From the NCBI RefSeq assembly GCF_030684315.1, contig NC_081356.1, positions 8,072,362 through 8,136,361 on the forward strand: a DNA stretch of 64,000 nt, in the 5' to 3' direction. Positions 51,400 to 62,779 of the stretch are shown in pieces. The stretch's first letter is position 1, and the number at the start of each line of letters is the position of its first letter. The translations under genes and the position numbers were made by a program. Below the pieces are notes generated by a model, which was not told the origin of the DNA, searched no databases, and saw only the letters and a program-made list of their open reading frames with translations. Origin of the DNA: Stegostoma tigrinum. Taxonomy: Eukaryota.

Positions 51400-51870
51400 G
51401 AGGTGTCGGTGTTGGACTGAGGTGGACAAGGTCAGAAATCACACGACACCAGGTTACAGCCCAACAGGTTCATTTGAAAACACAAGCTTTTGGAGTCTTC
51501 AGGTGTTAGTGAGAGAGGGAGTACTTAACACAGAATTTAGAAGTAAAAAATCAAAGGGTCACACCACTGATGAGGATGTATTAAACAAACCTGAGATGCT
51601 GTTAAACATTTAATTGGGTAGAAGGTTTTAATTGATTAATATGCATACGTAAATTCCCAAATTCCTTTCAAGTCATGGTCCTGAGGGAATTAAAAGTTTT
51701 ATCAATGCAAAGAAGAGGTGACATTTTAGGTCAGACAGTGCATGTTAGATGTGAAGCCTTGTTTAGAATCTGTGTTTTGATATGGAGTCAGACTGGTTTT
51801 ATTTCTAAAGAAGGAATTTATAAAATGCCACATTGACTGGTTGTCTACCAATTGTGTGCTTTTTTTCATT
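51400..51870 (-). mobile_element. PLE family C terminal repeat with longer upstream region
   Basis: gtcagaaatcacacgacaccaggttacagcccaacagg matches the family C arms at 25130-25293; right boundary approximate. Confidence 0.65.
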
Positions 51871-51874
51871 TCCA

Positions 51875-52985
51875 TATGGAAATGAAATTAACTGAACCAT
51901 AAGCATTTTCTGATGGATAGTTTTTGTGTTTTAAACTTGATCACAGCATTAGGAGGTTAGCAGCACCCAGTGAACAAAAGTTGATTGACCATCTAGCTTA
52001 AAACAAACCTACAATTTTTTTAACAATTTAATTTCATAATCTCTTGAATAAATATATAGTGCAGGTAGAAATGACTTACATTGGCAATGAAAAACAAATG
52101 ATCGAATTACAGAAACACAAGTAGAGATTCCTGGGAAAGCTTAGCAGGCCTGGAAGCTTCTGTGAAGAGAAATCAGATTTAATGTTTTGGGTTTGATGAC
52201 ACTTCCTCAGAACACATTTATTTCTATGAATGCTGCTAGCACCCATGAAATAAAGCTTCTAGTTTTTGGAAAAGTTGGTTTCTACAGTGTTGGACCTGTG
52301 ATTTACCATATATAGAACAATGCATGGATGGACAAAGAAATTTTTCAAGAATGATTTTGTAATGATCTTGTACCTGCAGTGAAAGACCGTTTTAGAAATA
52401 TAGGCAAGCCTAAAGGCATTGACACTATTCAATTTTTAGACAATGCTTTTTAAATTGGAGTTAAAGAACTTTTTTTTTACCAATTTCCTGCCTCCCAATA
52501 TAACTTCATTAATTCAACCTTTGCACTATTTCATGTCAGGGAAATTTTTTGAGAAAGATAACCAATAGTGAAGGCACTATGCAGAATTTTCAATCTATCA
52601 TATGGCATAACTGATGCAATTTTTAATGCGGCCTATACTTGGAAATCAGTGAGAAAAGCAACATTGAGTAGGCCTTGGAGGAAATTGCTACCCAGTTCTA
52701 TGTTTGTGGAAAGTTCTTCTGATGAAGAAGATATTGAAGCATTTAATGCAAGACCTAGATCAAATACATTAACTGAAATTATGAGAATGGTGGATCATGC
52801 TTCTTCTGCGCATCCAATGATCAAACTTAGCAAATGAAAGACAGAAGGTTGGGTTGACAAAAATGCTGAAGTGGAACATGTTATTGGCAATGCAGAAACT
52901 ACGTAGAGAATTGTGAATCCTGAAAAGCGGTGACTAAATAAGACTCAGAAGAAGAGGATTTCACTGAGGAGGAGAAAATAACTCA
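51875..52985 (+). mobile_element. Tigger/pogo-type DNA transposon, transposase relic
   Basis: HEIKLLVFGK (~52245), NAWMDKEIFQE*FCNDLVPAVK, FLDNA and FLPPNITSLIQPL match pogo/Tigger DDE_1 motifs; interrupted by a family B PLE repeat. Confidence 0.85.
52088..52213 (-). mobile_element. PLE terminal-repeat (family B) single copy
   Basis: ctgggaaagcttagcaggcctgg...gttttgggtttgatgacacttcctcagaac. Confidence 0.7.
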
Positions 52986-52990
52986 GACTA

Positions 52991-53708
52991 ATAGGAAGGC
53001 AGAATACTGGTCAATGGAAAGATTCTTCGTAGTGTGGATGTGCAGAGGCATCTTGGTGTCCATGTACATAGATCCCTGAAAGTTGCCACCCTGGTTGATA
53101 GTGCTGTTAAGAAGGCTTACGGCGTGTTAGGGTTTACTGGTAGAGGGATTAAGTTCCAGCGACGTGATATCATGTTGCAACTGTACAAAACATTAGTGCG
53201 GCCTCATTTGGAATATTGCGTGCAGTTCTGTTCACCCCATTACAGGAAGGATGTGGAAACATTGGAAAAGGTGCAGAGGAGATTTACCAGGATGTAGCCT
53301 GGTCTGGAGCGCAGGCCCTATGAAGAAATGCTGACGGACTTGGGTCTGTTCTCATTGGAGAGAAGGAGGCTAAGAGGGGATTTAATAGAGACATACAAGA
53401 TGATCAGAGGATTAGGTAGGATAGACAGTGAGAGTCTTTTTCCGAGCTACAAATTGAGGGGTGATAGATTGAAGACAGATGTCAGAGGCAGGTTCTTTAC
53501 TCAGAGAGAGTGGTAAGGGCGTGGAATGCCCTGCCTGCCAATGTAGTGAACTCAGCCACATTAGGGGCATTTAAACAGTCCTTGGATAAGCATATAGGTG
53601 ATGATGGGATATAGTAGGGGGAGGGGCTTAGATTAGTTCACAGGTCGGCGCAACATCGAGGGCTGGAGGGCCTGTTCTGCGCTGTATTGTTCTATGTTCT
53701 GTGTTCTA
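52991..53708 (+). mobile_element. CR1 LINE 3' portion
   Basis: QRHLGVHVHRSLKV...LYKTLVRPHLEYCVQF; LFSLERRRLRGDLIETYK; tail ttctatgttctgtgttct. Confidence 0.95.
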
Positions 53709-53867
53709 ATGCTGCTCCATTTCTTTGATTCATTTGTTAGTATATCAAGAAGTGTATTGAGGTGGTGAGGAAAATGGCTGGCAGAAAGGAAACAAAGGGT
53801 AAAAATTAATGGATTTTTTAAAGAAAATTGACAGGCAGTAACTAGTGGGGTGCCACAGAGATCAGTA

Positions 53868-54155
53868 TAATAAAATCCCTAGAGTGTGGAAACAGGCCTT
53901 TTGGCTCAACAAGTCCACACTGAACCTCAGAGCATCCCATGCAAACTCATCCCCCTATAACGCACCTAATGTAGGGCAATTTATCGTAACCTGCACATCT
54001 TTAGACTGTGGGAGGAAACCAGAGCACCCTAAGGAAACACACGCAGACACGGGGAGAATGTGCAAACTCCACACAGAGTCACCTGAGGGTGGAATCAAAC
54101 CTGAGCCCCTGGTGCTGTGAGGCTGCAGTGTTAACCACTGAGCCACCGTGCCACC
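53868..54155 (-). mobile_element. HE1-like V-SINE
   Basis: Reverse complement of ggcacggtggctcagtggttaacactgcagcctcacagc...tgtgtggagtttgcacattctccccgtgtctgcg. Confidence 0.9.
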
Positions 54156-54622
54156 CCAAAGTACTGGGACCCCAGCTATTCACAATATGTATTAACGGTT
54201 TGGATGAGGAAACACAATGTAAAACCTCCAAGTTTGCAGATGATACCAAGTTGGGTAGGAGGGTGAACTGTGATGAGGATGCAGAGATCCTTCAGCATGA
54301 TTCAGACAGATTGGGTGAGAGGGCAAATCAATGGCAGATGCAGGATAATTTGGACTAATGTGAGTTTACTCAGCCTGGAAGCAAAAACAAGAAGGCAGAT
54401 TACTACCTGAATGGCTGTAAGTTGGGAGAGAGGAGTGTACAGTGGGACCTTGTTGTCCTTGTGCACCAGTTGCTGAAGGTAAGCATGCAGGTGGTGGTAA
54501 AGAAAGCAAATGGAATATTGGCTTTCCCTGCAAAAGGTTTTAAGTACAGAAGCAGGGATGTCTTGTTACAGTCGTACAGGGCATTTGGTGAGACCACACC
54601 TGGAGTATTGGGGAAGAGAGAG

Positions 54623-54942
54623 AGAGATAACGGGAACTGCAGATGCTGGAGAAACCGAGATAACAAAGTGTAGAGCTGGATGAACACAGCAGGTCAAGCA
54701 GCATCCTAGGAGCACAAAAGCTGACATTCCCGGGCCTAACCCCTTAATCGGAAAAGTAGGGTCGGGGGAGAGGGTTCTGAAATAAATAGGGAGAGAGGGA
54801 GAGGTGAATCAAAGATGGATAGAGGAGAAGATAGGTGGAGAGGAGACAGACAAGTTAAAGAGGCGGGGATGGAGCCTGTAGAGGTGAGTGTAGGTGGGGA
54901 GGTAGGGAAGGATAGGTCAGCCCAGGGAGGACGGACAGGTCA
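54623..54942 (-). mobile_element. PLE family A terminal repeat with ~190 bp purine-rich upstream UTR
   Basis: Tail and body like the 27245 copy; decayed hammerhead; no TSD seen; part of the host CR1 appears to be missing at this site. Confidence 0.85.
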
Positions 54943-55779
54943 AAATTCTAACAGAACTAGACAGGTTAGACGCAGGGAGGATGTTCTCGATGGTGAGTGT
55001 GTCCAGAACCAGGGGTCACAATATGAGGGTTCGGGGTAGACAATTTAGAATGGAGATGAGGACACATCTTTTCACCCAAAGAATGTTGAGCCTGTGGAAT
55101 TCATTCCCACAGGAAGTAGTTGATGCTAAAACATTGAATGTATTCAAGAGGTGATTACATATAGCACTTAGAGCAAATGGGATCAAAGGCTATGGGGAGA
55201 AAGCAGGATTAGGCTTCTGAGGTGAACCATGAGCCAAACGGTCTCTTCCTGCTCCCATCTTCTATGCATCTATGTTAAATTTGCCGAAAGGAAGTCTTGC
55301 TACTCTGCGCAAGAGGTTACGAAATTGCATATTTTGCTCTCTAATGAACACAATAAAGACAGAAGGCAAATTAACCAAGCATTCATGCAAAAAATGTCCA
55401 AACTTGTACTAAACCCTAGTTGCTATGTCTTCTACACATTTAGCAACAGTTGTAAGAAATCCCTCCTGAAATGTGTAGACTGTGTGAATTCAGAATTTAA
55501 TATGTGTTTTAATGTGAATTAGAATGCTAATTAGAATGATAAAAAAATGTATTCTTTATTTCTTGAGTATCTGCATATTTTATCACAATGTATGTTTTGA
55601 AAGTTTCTGCTAAATTATTGCACTGAATTCCATGCGTAAATGTAACTCTCTTTTAACGAGTATTTTTGATTAACTGCTCAGCACCACCTATTCCTTGGGC
55701 AAGTCAGATAATAAAGGCTTTACTTGTGCAAACAAATCTTTTGAGAAGACAATACATTCATAAAGAGTTGTTAAAATAT

Positions 55780-56342
55780 GGGACTTTTGGTTTTAGCAGA
55801 CGTAGGCATGGAGTACAAAAGCAAGAAAGTTGCATCAAAGCTTAATAAATTATCAACAAGGCCCCAGCAGAATATTGTGGGCAATTGTGAAGTACAGATA
55901 CAAGGCATGATGAGAAAAAGGGTACACGGTGGAGAATGGACCATTCTCCTTCGAATAGAAAAGAAAATGCTTAAGATAAGATTTAGTCGATATCTCCAAA
56001 ATTATGAATGGTTTTTATAGAGTAATTAAAGAAAAACTGTTTTCAGTGTAGAAGGGTCAGGAAATAGACAACATAGAATTAAGGTAACTTCCAAGAGAAC
56101 TAGATGCAAGATGACTAAAACATTTTTACATTGCAAGTTGCTTGATCCAGAATTGACTAAAACAATGGTAGGAACAGGTTCAATAATACCCGAACCCTGA
56201 AAATTGGATGAATGCTTCAAAGATAAGAGTTTTCTAGAGAAAGGGCAGTGAACAAATCTAATCATATATTCATTTAAAGAGTGAAAATAGGTGCAATGGG
56301 CTACATCATGCCCTTCTGTACAGGATTATTTTATGATTCTAT
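55780..56342 (+). mobile_element. Old CR1 3' portion
   Basis: ggcatggagtacaaaagcaag; tail ttttatgattctat; heavily decayed. Confidence 0.55.
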
Positions 56343-56562
56343 ATCTGCGCATATATAAAGTTCACAATCTCAAGCATATCAAATACAAAACGCTTTGTAA
56401 TAATGAGGATTATTCTGTTTACTGAGAAAAATTAAATTATAAAAGACATGCAATTGGGAAGTCCGAAAGAACCGCACCACCAATTCACTTCATTTGAAGT
56501 GTAAGTGAAAATCGCACAAAAACAATTTGAACAAATACCCATGTAGTTATTTTTTTGTGGTG

Positions 56563-56730
56563 ACAGAGACAGAAATTGCAGGAGAAACGCAAATGGGGAG
56601 ACAGCAGAGTTAACATTCTGAGTCCGGTGACTCTTCCTGAGTTTCTAAAACTCAGAGCTGCCCAAGGTTTCTCCAACAATTTCTGCATTTGTTTCAGATC
56701 TCCAGCATTTGTAGTTCTTTGTTTAGTTTT
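56563..56730. mobile_element. PLE terminal-repeat (family B) fold-back
   Basis: acagaaattgcaggagaaac...gagtccggtgactcttcctga followed by inverted gtttctccaacaatttctgc...tccagcatttgtagttc. Confidence 0.75.
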
Positions 56731-58317
56731 CGTGTGGCTTTGGAAACGGTGCTGAAGAATCAATGCCATGTGATCTTTTCCAATACACCTGAACACATGA
56801 TGGGGAATTGTCTTACCTAAAAGACAATGCCCCAGAAATTAGTTGAAGTGTGTATGATCTACAAGTGAGCATTTTAAATGTGAGGAGTAGCATTGGTATT
56901 AATAAAAGCAAGTGAAGAGTCATTGAGGGCTCATCTATTCCATCCGCGTGAACTCACATCAGGTTTTGTTCAAGAAACCGCTGGAGACTACCATTAAAAA
57001 AGGTACATTGATTGAAAAATACTCACCTGACTGTGATGTTGAGGGTTATAGAAGTGCTCTTTTAGTCTTTGTTGCAGAACTAATTGTCCTTGCTCGATCC
57101 TGGACAGCTCCCTGCCCTCCCAATCATCTTCCTTAATGCACATTTTGATTAATTCTCTCTGTCCTTTGTGTTTCCAGTGCAAATCAGGAGAATTGTTGGT
57201 TGAGTGGACTGATGTTCATTGATGCCTTGGTAGCAGCCTAACACTGGCATACCTGCAGTATGCATGATTGAAGTTGGAGGCCCAATATGGCGTGCACCTA
57301 GTCATTCTGCTGTGGATCTGTGTGAGCAAATTTCCATGTCTGACAATGCATTTCCTTATTATTTAAGTATCAGCATTAAAGATTTCTGATTAGTAAGTGG
57401 ATCAAAGGTTAAGGGGAGAAGGAAAGAGTATGAAGTTAGAAAACCTATCATCCATGATCAAGTGGCAGAATTGACCTGATGGGCTGAATGGCCTAATTCT
57501 GTTCCTATTTCTTGCGATCTTCTAGGCAATGTTATGGATATACACGTAAAAGAAAGAGCATTATATTGGAATAGAGCTTTATCACATGCTCAGAATCAAA
57601 ATACTTCCATGATGTAGTGAAACATGTTATTTGACACCTGCAGAAATGGATTGCCCCTTCATCTGCTTTTGCTGCTCTCAGTTAGAGAATAATTGAGATT
57701 GGGATATTGGAAGAACTTCCTGCTTTTACTTGAATTGAATTGAAACTTTTATATCCCTCATGCTAACTGAATAGAGCATTCATTACCTTATTGGAAATAA
57801 GACTTCAAAAGATGTGTCTCTTCTCAGTGTGGAATTGTTTCTGTTAGGATTCTGAGCTTACAAACAGAACTGCAGGGTAAAGCATTGCTTACAATTGCTT
57901 AACTGTATTTGACTTTAGGATTGGTCCATTTTACTATTTACAACATGATTATTTTCCTGTGATAATAGGCAGTAATTACTACCATTTAGTGTGGATTTGC
58001 AACTGTGCATGGGATACAAACACTAATTCTACATGTCGATCTAATTTAGAACCACACGTGAGACTATCATGTGCAGTACAACACCAGTGCAGTTTTCCTT
58101 GTCTAATTACAGTGTTAAGTCATCATTATGTTTTACATGAACTCCAGGCTATCAAAATATCTATGAATTCATGTAGGCAACAGAAAGACTTGAGAAACTG
58201 GTAATTGTCTCCTTCTTTCTGAAACCAGGGGAGGCTAAAGCAACTGCAACAACTATAGTAAATGAATAGAGAACAGTGTTGGAGCTTTCACAGTAATAGA
58301 GTGAACAAGGAAAGATA

Positions 58318-58952
58318 TGATAATGCTGTGGCTTTAAGAGGAACATTTTGTCCTGGTTTCTTTTAAGAGATAGATCAAATGATAGGTACTGAGCAGTCCA
58401 TGATAACGTGAACAGTTTGTGAGGCTTTAGGTTTTTTTAAAGTTGGAACAATAGAAGCAGCTTGGCTGGTTGTGGTCAGCTTTCATAGATCAGGGTTTCT
58501 AATTTATTTCAGCTTTTAGATTCAGCAGGAAGCTGCCAGAGTCTTGAAGAAACTCCAGCAGCTTTGCCTGTCGTGGTTACAGCTAGAAGCTAGGGTTTCT
58601 TTTCTTGCTGCGGCAATATACACAAGGAAATCTGATTTCTGAATTTGCCTTTTTGCCAAGGGTTGTGTTTATGAGATGTTACTATATTGGAGCAGTTATT
58701 TAATAATACTTACTATATCTATTATTTTGCTACGTTTTTCAATAGAGTTAAGTTGTTGTAAATTCTTCTTTCTTTTGTTGCATTTTAACTACAGTCTTCG
58801 AATAAATAGTGGTTTGCTTTAAGCCAAATAGTTTGATCATTCAAATTGCATCTGCAATACAGCTCTTTACATTTGGCTTTAAAATAAGAAAAAGTTAGGG
58901 TCTAAACTATCTTATTAAAATATTTTGAGGTGGTCTTGACTAGTCCATAACA
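58318..58952. mobile_element. Probable solo LTR
   Basis: ~630 bp block starting tg and ending ccataaca, with an internal aataaa; no TSD established. Confidence 0.4.
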
Positions 58953-59254
58953 AGGAGGATTCCAAAGCTGAATACCTTCATTCTTATGATAGAAATATTA
59001 TTGACCAGTAGGTTCAAACAACGATAATAAAGTGTGAGGAATTGTTGCTGTATATTATTCATTTATACTAGATCAGATTGGATAATAACCTTTGGCTCAG
59101 CCATCTAAAACAACCTTAAAACAAATCTAGCTCCCTCAACCAGATGAACCCTGATAGGTCTAGATTATTGCTTAGAGAATGACTTAGATCTGTTTTTACT
59201 CATTGTGAAACTCCTTTATATTTTTTATTTGCCTGCAGCAATTCATTTGACTGA

Positions 59255-60445
59255 ATCCACAGAATTGTTACACCATAGAAGGAAGTTATTTGAGCCCACC
59301 ATGTTTGAGCTGGTTCTCTGAAATAGCAATTCACCTAGTACTACTCCCTGGCCTTATATCTATACAATTCTTCCTTTTCAGGTAATAATCCAATTCGCTC
59401 TTGAATGTCTCAATTTAGCCAGCCTTTACCACTTTCTGAAGCAACAAATTCCAGATTCCAGCCACCTGGAATGTGAAAATAGTTTTTTCACCTATCGCCT
59501 TTTTTTAGTCAATTACCTTAAATCTTTATCCCCTTGTTCTCATTCCTTCCACCAATTAGAGCATTATTTTGCCATCAATTCCTTCAGGTCCTTCATAGCT
59601 TTGTGTGCCTCCATCACGTGTTCTCTCAACCCAGCCTTCTCCATGGAAAAAAGTTCTCACTTCTCTAATCTATCCAGGTCATTGAGATTTCTCATCTGGA
59701 ACTACTTTAGTGAATCATTTCTCTTTCTACATTTTTGCATTTTTCTTAAAATGCGGTGCCCAGATCCAGACACAATACTCCAATTGAGACCAAGCTAATG
59801 TCTTAAAACAAATTATCATAACATTCTTCCATTTATACTCTGTGCTTGTATTAATAAAGTATAGAAATCTTTATTAAGAGCTCTCTCAACCTGTCCTGCC
59901 ACCTTTAAAAATTCATGAATATATGCAACCAGGTCCCTATGCTTCCTAATGCCTTTAGAGCAGTTTCTTTATTTTGTGCTATCTCCCATATTCTTCCTAC
60001 TAAGGTGAATCTCTTTACACTTCTCTTGATTGTCTAGTACATGCACCCTCATATCACCAATCTGTCTACGTATTTTTGAAGATTCACTGTTGCTCACAGT
60101 TCACAATAATTTGAAGTTTCACATCATCAACAGATTTTGAAGTTGTGCCCTGTGCAACATGATCTGGGCAATTAATACTAATCTCAAAGGTGATCCATTT
60201 CAAATGTCCTTCTAGTTCAAAACAAATCCTTTAATCTGAACTCTCTGGTTCTCCCAAATCGCCAATTTCCTCCCTTTGTTGTTACTGTCTCTTTTATTCC
60301 ATCAGCTATAACTTTGACCCCTGTTCATTTAGTGCTAATTGGTCAAAACATCCTGAGAGTTCATGTGCACCACATCACAGCATTATTCCAATAAACCTTC
60401 CCTTAACTCATAAAAAAAACAGGCAATTTAGTTAAAAATGATATT
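59255..60445 (-). mobile_element. Old CR1 LINE ORF2/3' portion
   Basis: Reverse of CR1 motifs (ccagacacaatactccaattgag = LEYCV; tcatcaacagatttt = K.xDD); decayed. Confidence 0.65.
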
Positions 60446-61567
60446 TTTGCGTAAGATTCTTGTGGCACAGTGGTAGCAACCTTAGGTCAGACCTTGGGGG
60501 GGGGGGGGGGGGGCAGGTTTAAGTTCCACCAGCTCCAGAGGTGCATTTGGATAGGTTGATTAAAAAAAATGTCTAAGCTGATGCCCTATTTCATTTGTAT
60601 GTTACTCATAGCATTGATGCTTATAAATGTTTGCGTTTTGATTTAGGAGTTATCCAGTAATGAGAAAACAATAAAAGCAGCTCTTCTAAACCCCTACACC
60701 CTTATATTCAAATAGGACGAATCAATAAATGATGGAATATAAATGCAAATTAGATTGCCTTGTGTTGCCTTGATTTCAACAGCTAGATTGCTAGGGCTTC
60801 AGGGCTGGATGAGGCATATGGATCGCACATGGAACATTCCAACATAAATAGTCTCTGTATAAAATTACTATTTTACTCTCTGAGGATCTAAAAGCTGTTA
60901 GAAAAGATATGCGACCCTGATGTATACTTAACCTGTCTAGGTTGCATTTTACTATTTAGCAGTTTATGGCATCTTTTGATCATGTTTCCACAGAGAAGAT
61001 TGGTGTGAAGCTTAAATACAAAGGTTGCTGTGAATAATTCAACTTGAGTCTACTTTTTGAAAAGGAGTTGGAAATCTTACATTCTTAAGGTGCTAATGAA
61101 CAAACTTTGATGTTATTTTCTTAAAGATAGTAAACAATAAGTGTTAACTTTTCTTGATAATTGATCAAACCTCATACCTACTATATTGGGAACAAAGGTG
61201 TTTCACTGCAGATTGCCACAGTGAGCAAATATGCAAGATATGGACAAAAAAGTGTGCAAGGAGGCAGGCTTTTGAGAAAGTTTAGAAAATGGACAGTCAG
61301 AGAGAGGATACAAAATGGGCTAGATAGAGACTTAGATTTTATTATCACTTGCACTCAAGTTTAGAAGTACAGGAGTACAGTGAAAAGAGTATAATGTTGC
61401 TACACATGGTGCCATGTTGGGGGCAAAGGTACACAGGTATTAAAAGCTTAGATACAAGGTCGTAAAAGAAACAAAGTCTAAAAAGTTAAACATTACCTTT
61501 GTAGAGTATGTAAAAAAATAAGGATATAAGGTAAAAACGAAAAGAAATTTGAATGCCGTAAATCAGT

Positions 61568-61692
61568 ATCCAAAACAGAAAGTGCTAGAAAAGTGCTCTG
61601 ACGAAGGGTCACTCAACCCAAAATGTTAACTCTGATTTCTCTTCACAGATGCTGCCAGACCTCCTGAGCTCTTTCAGCAATTTCTGTTTCTG
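61568..61692. mobile_element. PLE terminal-repeat (family B) partial fold-back
   Basis: aaacagaaagtgctagaaaag then ctgacgaagggtcactcaacccaaaatgttaactctg...gcaatttctgttt. Confidence 0.75.
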
Positions 61693-62009
61693 TAAAAAAA
61701 AGTAATCGTTAACATTAAAATCGTCGTAATTTAAACCAGAAAACTAAAGGAATAAGGTTAAAATCAAAGTTATAAAGTTAAAAAGAATAAAGCTTGGCTA
61801 CAATATAAAAAGAGTTCCAAATCAGAAATCCAAGTTAAGGATGAATATCCACTGATAATATTTATAGAATCATTCAGAGGAAATTTGACGTAAACAAAAT
61901 GAACCTGATCTTAACAGTTGTTCTCTATATTCATTTGCCACAAAGCAGCTTAATGGCTGTCAAGCATTTTATTTCCTGGGAGTTGTGATCGGAAAGGCTA
62001 AATCATGGA

Positions 62010-62600
62010 AGCTGGCAGGGCAGGTTGAGATAAAATGGCATATAGGACCTTGACCTTTATAAATAGAATACAAAAGCAATTATGTTATGATGAAAAATTC
62101 ATAAAACACTGGGATTGCCTTAATTGGAGGATTGTGTCCAAAACAGAGATCTCAATTTAGTTGAGATAGGAAAGCTTCAGAGAGGATTCAACAAATGCTT
62201 ATGAGGATGGTTCTGGGTCTGACACCCTGGACAGTTACATGAATGATTTGAAGAAATTAGTATTTTTCTTAGAGGGGCATTGATAAAAGTATTCAAAGTC
62301 ATGAGCTGTCCGAATAGAGAGATTAAAAAAGTTGAAAACTATAGGACACAGGCATAAGGGGATTAGCAAAAAAACACTCATAGGTAACAGGAGGAAAATG
62401 TTTTAGCCAACAAATGGTTGCACCTGAGAATATACCCCCTCAGAGGGTGTTGAGGCAGATTCAGTCTACAGGGAAACATTTGCAGAGATTTGGAACAGTG
62501 GCAGCGGAGTATTACTATCTAAATTGCTCTTGCTGAAAACCAGGATGGAGCCTATTCGCTAAATGGCATTGTACTCCACTGTAACCAATGTATGATTTTA
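62010..62600 (+). mobile_element. Old CR1 3' portion
   Basis: atagaatacaaaagc, aattggaggattgtgtcc, tail tgtatgatttta; decayed. Confidence 0.5.
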
Positions 62601-62638
62601 AACAGCCATAGGTGTGAGCACAACCAGTTCATATGGGT

Positions 62639-62779
62639 TAACAAGGTGTACAGCTGGATGAACACAGCATGCCAGGCAGCATCAGAGGAGCACGAAAGCT
62701 GACGTTTCGGGTCGGGACCCTTCTTCAGAAATACAACTTGTTATCTCAGACTCCAGCATCAGCAGTTCTTACTATCTCT
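62639..62779. mobile_element. PLE terminal-repeat (family A) partial fold-back with intact hammerhead core (62701-62728, minus)
   Basis: Minus strand CUGAAGA-A-GGGU CCCG ACCC-GAAA-CG-UC; inverted tail; TSD tcatatgggt (62629-62638) / tcatttgggt (62784-62793). Confidence 0.9.

Larger units (their letters stand above)
53760..55273 (+). mobile_element. CR1 LINE RT-to-3' portion, interrupted by an HE1 SINE and a PLE repeat
   Basis: SGVPQRS | VLGPQLFTICINGLDEETQCKTSKFADDTKLG; 3' UTR to tctatgcatctatg. Confidence 0.9.

Noticed and set aside
54100-54155. tRNA genes (also 9536-9615, 10607-10690, 34783-34830)
   Set aside because: The A/B boxes run directly into SINE bodies with no complete cloverleaf; these are SINE heads.
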